Part shown: piece by piece, positions 1 through 8,432 of the stretch
Numbering within the stretch: position 1 is the stretch's first letter
Layout of the letters: each line of letters starts with the position of its first letter
From: Octopus sinensis
Taxonomy: Eukaryota
Assembly: GCF_006345805.1 (NCBI RefSeq)
Contig: NW_021826195.1
Span: forward strand, 1-13,319
DNA length: 13,319 bases
Direction: 5' to 3'
Translations under genes and position numbers: made by a program
The notes under the pieces: model-generated
What the model was told of the DNA's origin: nothing
What the model saw: the letters and a program-made list of their open reading frames with translations, nothing else
Databases searched by the model: none

Positions 1-180
1 AAAATTCCACTTTCCTTTTTATTTTTCTAGAAAAATAAAAATGAAATAAGTGGAAATTTTACCGGTGAGTATGTTAAATTATAAGGCACTAAAAGAGAAT
101 GACTCTCCCCAGACACAACAGAGTATGCTCCAACACACGAACTCACATAAAGAATCTTGCAAACCAAATCCCAAAACGAA
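1..180. repeat. Palindromic copy of the foldback-like repeat family also seen at 2346-3164; left arm cut by the window start
   Basis: 16-41 is a perfect 26-bp palindrome centred on CTAG. 1-12 pairs with 48-60 (one bulge). 98-169 aligns ungapped to 3079-3150 at 58/72, with mostly transition differences. Confidence 0.65.
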
Positions 181-611
181 ATATATATATATACATACAA
201 ACATTCATGCACACACAGTTATTTATACAGCCGTACACACATACATATTCAAATAGCTCAATGATACTCCCATATATACACATATGCATACGTACACACA
301 TACTTACGTAAAAATATACTTACATTCATTCACTCATGCGTACATATATACATATGTACACACATACATACAAACAAGCATATAGATACATACAGACGTA
401 CATATATACATGCATATATACTTATATGCAATCATATACATATATGATTTATTTATACACACATACACATATACATACTCACATAGCTCACTGGTAATTC
501 AATATGTAATTTCCTTCATAAATAAGTCAGTTTTAATTAAAGTTCAATGTTAATTGTTGTCTTAGTTAAAGGAAACCTTATGAGTGTATATCTGCACCGA
601 TAATTCTCTGT

Positions 612-742
612 GTGTATGTATGTATGTATGTATGTATGTATGTATGTATGTATGTATGTATGTATGTATGTATGTACGTACGTATGTACGTATGTATGTA
701 TGTATGTATGTATGTATGTATGTATGTATGTATGTATGTATG
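612..742. repeat. (TATG)n microsatellite with TACG variants
   Basis: Directly visible; source of the MYVC/HTYI pseudo-ORFs. Confidence 0.97.
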
Positions 743-981
743 TGCATGCGCGCCTGCATGCCTACGTATGCGTATGTGTATACCCTTGTGTGTGTATGTA
801 TGCGCAGATGTATATGTCTGCATGTAAACGTACCTATACACGCATATATAGATATGTATGTATATCCATATTATATGTATGCGTGAGCGCGATGTACGTG
901 TATGTGCTTGTGTGTGTCTGTGTATATATATATATAATAGTTTAATGGATACATATGGATATATATGATAGTTTAATGGAT

Positions 982-1023
<42 letters not shown>

Positions 1024-1061
1024 TGCTTATATAAACATATACATACATACTTATATACATC

Positions 1062-1245
1062 TATGTATGTATGTATGTATGTATGTATGTATGTATGTAT
1101 GTATGTATGTATGTATGTATGTATCTATCTATCTTTCTATTTTCCTGTCTCTCTTCCCTCTCTCTCTCTCCCTCTCTCTCTCTCTCTACATATGTTTGTG
1201 TATGTGTATGCATGCAAGTATATATATATATATATAAATAAATAA

Positions 1246-1300
<55 letters not shown>

Positions 1301-1310
1301 AATATATACA
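1062..1310. repeat. Compound microsatellite (TATG)n-(TATC)n-(CT)n-(TA)n-(GT)n
   Basis: Directly visible. Confidence 0.95.
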
Positions 1311-1374
1311 TATATGTATGAATGCATGTATATATGTTTGTATGTATGTATATAAATTTTATATGTGGTTTTAT

Positions 1375-1530
1375 TAGCAGAGTGATAAGAGCATCGGAGA
1401 AAATACCTCTCAGAAATTGAGCATTCGTTCAAGCACTCCGCGTTCTGATTTCAAATCCTGTCTAAACCATCTTACATCCTCAAGGAGTCGATAACATATT
1501 GTATTAGTCTAAAACAGTGGATTGCTAGAA
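1375..1530 (+). mobile_element. Decayed SINE related to the 4183-4580 family
   Basis: CGTTCTGATTTCAAATCC resembles CGTTCGGAGTTCAAATTCC of the intact copy, and CATCCTCAAGGAGTCGATA resembles CATCCTTTCGGGCTCGATA. Boundaries approximate. Confidence 0.5.
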
Positions 1531-1890
1531 TCTTAACACACCGAACAAAATGAATTGCAATTCTTATTACATATCCATGCGCAGTGCGTCCAAATCTCAT
1601 TTCCTGTCACGGTTTTCTTTGAGTACTGGCAGAAAACGGTAGGGATAGTCTCAGGAAATATTTAAGCAAATGGCCTAGTATTTCAGATGAATACTTCCAA
1701 TGCCAGGACACTTGCTGGCAGGAGAGAATGTAAAACTTTCAGATCCTGTGCACTAAACGAGCGAGGTACATACATATTATATACACACACCTACATACAC
1801 ATACATGCGTGTGTATGTATGTTTACAGAGATAATGAGACAGAAATAGATATATTAAATATCTATATGCGAATACTGATACATACTATAC

Positions 1891-1894
1891 ATAT

Positions 1895-1960
<66 letters not shown>

Positions 1961-2069
1961 CACACTCATACACATACGCTCATATATATGTATCGTCAAG
2001 GAAGGTTGTGTTTTTGGCAAACCAGCAGACTTAGTCAAAAGTAAACAAATAAATAAATAAATAAATAAA
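1891..2069. repeat. (TA)n array (1891-1960) and (AAAT)n array (2047-2069)
   Basis: Directly visible. Confidence 0.95.
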
Positions 2070-2345
2070 AAGAAAGGAAAAAACAACTTCACATGTTTCA
2101 TCAACTGGGATTAAAGGAAGGACGACCTGAATTTTTCCAGATTGAATATACTCGTGATAAGAAATTCACGTCGTATCAAAATTTGGCCGACCTTCAAAAG
2201 TGTACCGTTCATCCGTAGGAATCTGTCATACTCTTTGGTACACTGCGGTGTAATACGCTCTGTAATACTCTACTACAAGCTACAATGTAATACTGCAGAC
2301 TACAGTAACAAACACGGTGACAACAGTATCGAGCGCGATCGATGT

Positions 2346-3105
2346 ATTTTGTTGATTTTTAGGAGATTCGTTACGCCAATATTATTAACACACGCACTGG
2401 TTTAATTCCATTCCTTTATCATTAATGAATTGGATAAGTATCCAACTAACAAATCGATTGTTTGTTTAATTTGATTAAACTGTAAGTCATTTGTTTTGTT
2501 TTTGTTTGACAAAGCACTTACGTTGCTACTTGCAACCTCTTCAATGACTTTTGACTTAGTCATTTGACCAACTGTTTAATCAAATTAAACAAACAATCGA
2601 TTTGTTACTTGGATACTTAACCAAATAGTAGAGGCGCAATGGCCCAGTGGTTAGAGCAGCGGACTCGCGGTCATAGAATCGCGGTTTCGATTCCCAGACC
2701 GGGCGTTGTGAGTGTTTATTGAGCGAAAACACCTAAAGCTCCACGAGGCTCCGGCAGGGGATGGTGGTGATCCCTGCTATACTCTTTCACCACAACTTTC
2801 TCTCACTCTTACTTCCTGTTTCTGTTGTACCTGTATTTCAAGGGGCCGGCCTTGTCACTCTCTGTGTCACGCTGAATATCCCCGAGAACTGCGTTAAGGG
2901 TACACGTGTCTGTGGAGTGCTCAGCCACTTACACGTTAATTTCACGAGCAGGCTGTTCCGTTGATTCGGATCAACCGGAACCCTCGTCGTCGTAACCGAC
3001 GGAGTGCTTCCACTTAACCAAATGACTAATAATAAAGGAGTGGGATTAAACCAGTGCATGTGTTAATAATATTGGCATAATGACTCTTCCTAGACATAGC
3101 AAAAT
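2346..3105. mobile_element. Long inverted-repeat (foldback/MITE-like) structure whose right arm is interrupted by a SINE
   Basis: 2430-2480 and 2574-2624 are reverse complements at 49/51. After removing the SINE and one TSD copy, 2364-2429 matches 2625-2626 plus 3024-3087 at 56/66. The spacer is 93 bp (2481-2573). Outer ends are approximate and no TSD was found. Confidence 0.8.
2627..3011 (+). mobile_element. Full-length tRNA-derived SINE with a tRNA-Arg-like head; possibly a described octopus OR1/OR2-type family (unverified)
   Basis: A-box TGGCCCAGTGG at 2640-2650 and B-box GTTTCGATTCC at 2684-2694. Perfect 12-bp TSD ACTTAACCAAAT at 2615-2626 and 3012-3023. CpG-rich, with 3' stem-loops. Confidence 0.92.
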
Positions 3106-4182
3106 TTGTTCCAACGTACGAATTCGCATAAAAAATCTTGCAAACCAGATACAAATACTAAAATGCATCCAAAAACGCATTCTGGGACAGGAGTTTATGA
3201 GTGTGCTCGATACATTAAGGATAACAGCTGATTATAGAGAGATATATATTATGTAAAGAAACTGAATATAAAATTAAAACAAATCGAGGCAACACTGTTT
3301 GTATGACGACCATGTATTTTGTTCTGGTCCTGCGACTGCAGCGGATGTCTTTCTCATGTCTTTTACAGATTTCCTATAAAGAAGTGAAAACGTTCAAACA
3401 TTTTGTAGTTGTGTGACTTCGTATTAAAATACTAATGAGAGCATAGGTAGCTTGAAATGCATATGTTAGTTCATAAGGAGTGCTACAAGATATCTTTAGT
3501 GTTTTACACCTCTTGCCTAAAGTGGGAATTTTTCACCACGGCAAACTATATTTAAAATATTCTTTTTACCGGTCAAATATATCCCAGACGTATTGGAACC
3601 TATCGAAAATTTTCTTGAAAATGAGTATATTTTTTTCTGAAACAGGTCGTATTCTTGCAAACTAGCAGCGTTGTTAAAATATATAGCAACGAGCTTCACA
3701 GATCAGTTTTAAATGAAACATTTAATACTGTTAGAACTATCATTCATAAATTATACCTAAAAATATAAAACAAGACTGAATAATTTATCTAATTGCCTTC
3801 AGAACACTGATTATGGAAATCAGAATTGCAGATTTTGTGAAGTCTGTATTTTAGTGACTAAATATATAATTGTGAAGCTACGTATCTACGTGGAGAGATG
3901 GAGCTGGATGGGTAACCTTTGACGAGAATCCTTGTAGAAATCGTCCAAACCAATCTTTTTTTCACAAAGTAATGACTAAGAAGAGATTTGTTTACATTTG
4001 TTGTGAAGGTTCGATTACGAATCTCATTAACAATTAAAAAGTTTCATTGTCTGCACAAGGTGTATTTTGCATACTCCAAATAAACTTCATATTGCACCTA
4101 TATTTAGTACTATACGTTGCATTCACTAGTACACAGATAATACAAAGGAAATAATCATTTCTTTATGATATTTGGCAGGATT

Positions 4183-4580
4183 AAGGCGGCGAGCTGGCAG
4201 AATTGTTAGCGCGCCATGCGAAATGCTTACAGGTATTTCGTCTGCCGTTACGTTCGGAGTTCAAATTCCGCCGAGGTCGACTTTGCCTTTCGTCTTTTCG
4301 TGGTCGATTAAATAAGTACCAGTTACGCACTAGGGTCGATATAATCGACTTAATCCGTTTGTCTGTCCTTGTTTGTCCCTTCTGTGTTTAGCCCCTTGTG
4401 GGTAGTAAAGAAATAGGTATTTCGTCTGTCTTTATGTTCTGAGTTCAAATTCCGCCGAGGTCGACTTTGTCTTTCATCCTTTCGGGCTCGATAGATTAAG
4501 TACCAGTTGCGTACTGTGGTCGATCTAATCGATCGGCCCCCTCCTCAAAATTTCGGGCCTTGTACCTACAGTAGAAAATA
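4183..4580 (+). mobile_element. Dimeric tRNA-derived SINE
   Basis: Head GGCGGCGAGCTGGCAGAATTGTTAG with B-box-like GAGTTCAAATTCC. Internal unit 4231-4348 is repeated at 4415-4532 (101/118). TSD ATATTTGGCAGGATT (4168-4182) vs ATATTTGGCGGAATT (4581-4595) matches 13/15. Confidence 0.9.
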
Positions 4581-4879
4581 ATATTTGGCGGAATTAGAAG
4601 CTAAAATTTACCAAATACTATGAAGAAATGAACGTCTCCCTTGTATTTATCAGTTATCAGTAAAGATATGATAAAATTCAGTCTTGTTTCAAAACATAGA
4701 AGGTGATTTGACGGAGATCTGGCCGTTATTTCTACCAGATCGAGTAACTACGCAGAGATTCCATCATTGACTCAAACCGAAATTGTTTTTACTCAGAGCA
4801 TGTCGGCGTTATTTACAGAAGTATGATGTAACCAATGTCATATTGGAAATTCACAATGGGCCATGGATACAGAACAAGT

Positions 4880-4950
4880 ATCAGCAACGGGATTCGAACT
4901 ATTCAATTGTTGTCCCTCTTTTCCAGCATAGTATGGACTCGGCCAATTGC
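4880..4950 (-). mobile_element. Decayed tRNA-like Pol III head (old SINE remnant)
   Basis: Minus-strand A-box-like TGGCCGAGT starts at 4945 and B-box GTTCGAATCCC starts at 4899, a 46-nt offset as in tRNA. No cloverleaf. Confidence 0.4.
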
Positions 4951-4977
4951 AATTCTCAGTATATTGTAACGAACGAA

Positions 4978-5455
4978 AACGACAACAACGGCGACGATGA
5001 TGAGGACGATGATGATGATGTTGATGAATATGACGATGAGGAAGAGGAGGAGGACTACGACACAACCACCATGAGGATGGTGATGGTGAAACGACGACGG
5101 AGAAAGAAAGGTGTGGATGGTAGTGGTTGGTAGTGGTGGTGGTGTTAGTAGTGGTGTTGCTGGTGGTCGAGTGTTGTTGTTGGTTGTGGTGGTGGTGGTG
5201 GTGGTGGTGATGGTGGTGGTGGTGGTGGTGGTGGTACTGGTGGTGGTGGTTGTGGTGGTGGTTGTGGTGGTGATGGTGGTGGTGGTGGTGGTGGTACTGG
5301 TGCTGGTGGTTGTGGTGGTGCTGGTGGTGGTGCTGGTGATGGCGGTGGTGGTGGTGGTGGTGGTTGTCGTGGTGGTTGTGGTCGTGGTGGTGGTCGTGGT
5401 CGTGGTGGAAATCACGATGCTGAGGATGCTGATGACGACAACGACAATGAACTGT
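4978..5455. repeat. Compound trinucleotide array (GAC/GAT/GAG then GGT/GTT/CGT)
   Basis: Directly visible; yields the poly-V, poly-T and poly-H pseudo-ORFs. Confidence 0.93.
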
Positions 5456-5829
5456 GATACAGCATAGAATTACTTCAAAAGCACTGCGCGAATAATAAGA
5501 TTGTTTGCTGCGTATCTTTTCATAAAACTCGTGAATTGCCTGTAAAAACCTGACCAAACCAGACCAGACTAGACGAGACATATTTATTCACTGAATAACT
5601 GGCTTCCACGTCAATTTACCTGTTCCTCATCTTACACAACAACAAGGTATACGTTTTCATATGCATGTATGTAAGTATGTATGTATGAATTTATGTATAC
5701 ACATCATTTATATATATATATGTATATATACGCACCACATGTGTGTGTGTCTCTGAACACATATATGTATATCTATGTATATGGATGTATTTGTGTGCCG
5801 GTTTATGTAGGAAAGAGAAAAGTATGCGT

Positions 5830-5833
<4 letters not shown>

Positions 5834-5878
<45 letters not shown>

Positions 5879-5990
5879 TGGCTGTGTGTGAATATACATT
5901 CGTGCGTAGGGAAGAATACGTAAATATATATGCATGCATATATCTACGCATGTACAAATGGTTATACATATATATATATATATATATATA
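5834..5990. repeat. Two (TA)n arrays (5834-5875, 5968-5990)
   Basis: Directly visible. Confidence 0.95.
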
Positions 5991-6053
5991 GTTAATAAAG
6001 AAAAAACGGAGAAAAAAAGGACAACAAGGAAAAACAACAACGCGAGGACGTGG
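5991..6053 (-). mobile_element. Terminal stub related to the 6536-6750 element
   Basis: Exact 20-mer ACAACAACGCGAGGACGTGG at 6034-6053 and 6571-6590. Both copies start with GTTAAT next to a (TA)n array. Confidence 0.65.
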
Positions 6054-6181
6054 TGCATGTGTGTGTGCGTGAAACCAAGAGTATGAGTCATATTCAGATC
6101 GACTTTGAGCAAAAATATTGTAGATCGGTTACCGTAAAATCGTAAACAAGTTGATATAAATGTGTCAAAGTACCGGTCATG

Positions 6182-6402
6182 TACTAGGGGGTGATGAGAA
6201 ATTCTTGACTTTGTGCAGAAGAAAATACAGGAGGATCAGTTAATTATGATTATATTCAGCATGTTCCCCTCTCAGACTCACACACTTATCACAGCATTCC
6301 TTCAGTTTTTTTAGGCCCTATAAAAGAACTCGAAAATTTGCACCTGCAATTAGGCCTTTAGCGATACCCTTAATGGCAGGAGCTTTTCAGCACACTCTCA
6401 CA
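6182..6402 (-). mobile_element. Tc1/mariner-derived MITE (internally deleted mariner)
   Basis: Decayed 31-bp TIRs at 6182-6212 and 6372-6402 (19/31 to each other), with TA/CA termini. Minus strand 6317-6252 reads GLKKLKECCDKCVSLRGEHAEY, resembling the mariner C-terminus (Himar1-type GIKKLEGRYNRCIALEGNYVE, recalled from memory). Confidence 0.78.
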
Positions 6403-6479
6403 CATGGCTCGATTGTACCAATTAATCTTCTTCCATAAAGAAAACAAAAAACACTGCTGGCTTTCAGACTAAGAAGCAG

Positions 6480-6480
<1 letters not shown>

Positions 6481-6524
<44 letters not shown>

Positions 6525-6535
6525 ATATATATATA
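6481..6535. repeat. (TA)n microsatellite
   Basis: Directly visible; abuts the element at 6536. Confidence 0.97.
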
Positions 6536-6750
6536 AAGTTAATCCAAACATGAAAACACAAAGAGAAAACACAACAACGCGAGGACGTGGAACAAATATA
6601 GTATTATTGGACGCTCAGGAAGGAAGGGAGGAAGGAGGGTTTAACGTTTCGAGCGGAGCTCTTCGTCGGAAACATAGGAGAAGGAAAGATCCAGAGAAGG
6701 GAAGACAGAGGAAAAAAAATCGCCAACGGTACACACGCAGTCACATTTTG
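6536..6750 (-). mobile_element. Penelope-like terminal repeat / retrozyme-like element ending in (TA)n
   Basis: On the minus strand a pyrimidine-rich body carries a hammerhead-like core, then a T-rich 3' end and (TA)n. Partial second copy at 5991-6053. No RT or GIY-YIG sequence is seen in the window. Boundary near 6750 is approximate. Confidence 0.6.
6639..6673 (-). ncRNA. Minimal type I hammerhead ribozyme motif (variant core)
   Basis: Minus strand reads GUUU-CCGACGA-A-GAGC(UCC)GCUC-GAAA-CG-UU-AAAC. Stem I is GUUU/AAAC, stem II is GAGC/GCUC, and stem III is the palindrome ACGU with a GUU cleavage triplet. Deviations are U4C and one extra A after A9. Confidence 0.62.
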
Positions 6751-7311
6751 AATGACCGGAAGGAAATGGGTGGAGAAAAGTTCTTAGTGTCTCCTTTCGA
6801 AATATTGGTTTAAATTAAATTTTTCTACTTTTATTGATGAGTGGGCTGTGAATGGAGCGGCAAATTCTAAAGTGTATTGAAAATTGAATTATAAAATAAG
6901 GCACGTATTGCTTTCTGGAAAACATTGACTATTGGCTGTCCAAAACTATTTTCATTTGTGCATTTTTTTTACTATTTTACGTTCGGAGTGGTGTTTCATG
7001 TAGTGCGGCTCATTCAAAACCTTAAAACATTACACCCTCATATTTGAAAATGTGTCGTATTTTGGCAATCCTAGTCATCCATACTTATCACACAGATACA
7101 GCAATTATACATTACGCCAGTGCATCTACACTTCAAACGTGGTATAACGAAGAAGTCTTTACTGGTGTGTCAAAGGCAGAACAATTTGCTAAACATGATT
7201 TTATTGCTACTTCATTTGTTGCCCCAAGGAAATCATTTAATTTCACTTCTTGTTTCGTCACTAAGAACGAAATTTTGGACTAAATATCAGTATATGTCAC
7301 ACACATGCACT

Positions 7312-7391
7312 CACGTGCACACACACGCACGTGCACACACACGCACGTGCACACACACGCACGTGCACACACACGCACGTGCACACACACG
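7312..7391. repeat. 16-bp minisatellite, unit CACGTGCACACACACG, about 5 copies
   Basis: CACGTG starts at 7312, 7328, 7344, 7360 and 7376. Confidence 0.92.
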
Positions 7392-7420
7392 CACACACAC
7401 TCACACACATACACACACAT

Positions 7421-7598
7421 GCATATATATATATATATATATATATATGTACTGAGAGAAATGTAGGTATATGCAAGACAAATGCTCCTCTCTTGCTTAT
7501 TGTATTTCTTCTTGTTTTTCCTTGTTTTTGCTCATTTATCATATTTAGTTTTAGCGTTAAGTGGGCTTGTTCTCGTATTTTTTCATTGAGTGTGTGTG

Positions 7599-7663
<65 letters not shown>

Positions 7664-7675
7664 CTCTTTACTCTC

Positions 7676-7706
<31 letters not shown>

Positions 7707-7798
7707 TACACACACACACACACACATATATGCATATATATATATATATATATATATCTATATATATATATATATTATATATATATATACATATATAT
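7421..7798. repeat. (TA)n-dominated arrays (7421-7448, about 7599-7798) with (CA)n islands
   Basis: Directly visible. Confidence 0.93.
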
Positions 7799-7994
7799 TA
7801 AGTTGATTCACTTAGACACTTCACATTTACGCGTAATGTTAATTTCGATCTAAGCAACTGGAAATTTTGACGAAACAAGAAAAAAAAAAAAAATAGCAAA
7901 TTAAAGAATTCCATGGGACAGCAAAAGTGAAAGTAATCAAATTTGGCCTTTGGGATACGATTGAGTACAGCGAATCTAGTTGCATACATAATTG

Positions 7995-8432
7995 CATACA
8001 TACATACATACATACATACATACATACATACATACATACATACATACATACATACATGCATACATACATACATACATACATACATACATACACACAGGTC
8101 GACAGAAATACGTACATACATACATACATACATACATAAATACATACATACATAAATACATACATACATACATACATACATACATACATACATACATACA
8201 TACATACATACATACATACGTACATACGTACATACATACATAAATACATACATACATACATAAATACATACATACATACATAAATACATACATACATACA
8301 TACATACATACGTACATACATACATACATACATACATACATACATAAATACATACATACATACATACATACATACATACAAACATACATATATAAATACA
8401 TACATACATAAATATATACATACGTACATACA
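7995..8432. repeat. Long (CATA)n microsatellite with TAAA/CGTA variants and a short non-repeat interruption near 8092-8112
   Basis: Directly visible; source of the 200-aa MYVC pseudo-ORFs. Confidence 0.97.

Larger units (their letters stand above)
7198..7942. repeat. Diverged inverted repeat bracketing a microsatellite cluster
   Basis: 7247-7260 vs 7868-7881 is 14/14, 7198-7243 vs 7898-7942 is 34/46 (one gap), and 7261-7274 vs 7841-7854 is 12/14. The blocks are collinear and reverse-complementary. Confidence 0.65.

Noticed and set aside
562-1432. ORFs such as MYVCMYVC and HTYIHTYI (also 7798-8590)
   Set aside because: Translations of (TATG)n/(CATA)n, which is stop-free in several frames; no protein signal.
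1687-1765. Possible 79-nt exon (TATTTCAG|ATG…CGAG|GTACAT) with one open frame
   Set aside because: Weak pyrimidine tract and donor; the peptide is unrecognisable.
2631-2705. tRNA gene
   Set aside because: No proper acceptor stem or 7-nt anticodon loop; it continues into a SINE body bounded by a TSD.
3740-4730. Inverted match AAACAAGACTGAAT (about 3768-3781) vs 4677-4690
   Set aside because: Extends only weakly; probably two old opposed fragments of a dispersed repeat, too short to call.
4903-5415. Minus-strand 170-aa ORF resembling a poly-Thr mucin stalk plus transmembrane segment
   Set aside because: Both parts are read from trinucleotide arrays (ACC and ATC/GTC). Overlapping frames give poly-H and poly-V, and there is no signal peptide or splice support.
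6612-6647. Alternative monomeric hammerhead stem III using downstream AGCGUC with a GUC triplet
   Set aside because: The following bases do not pair with the strand 5' of the core, so stem I fails. The dimeric GUU model has a perfect 4-bp stem I.
7044-7283. 79-aa non-repetitive ORF (…STLQTWYNEEVFTG…)
   Set aside because: TTG start, no recognisable domain or strong splice sites, and it overlaps the left arm of the inverted repeat.
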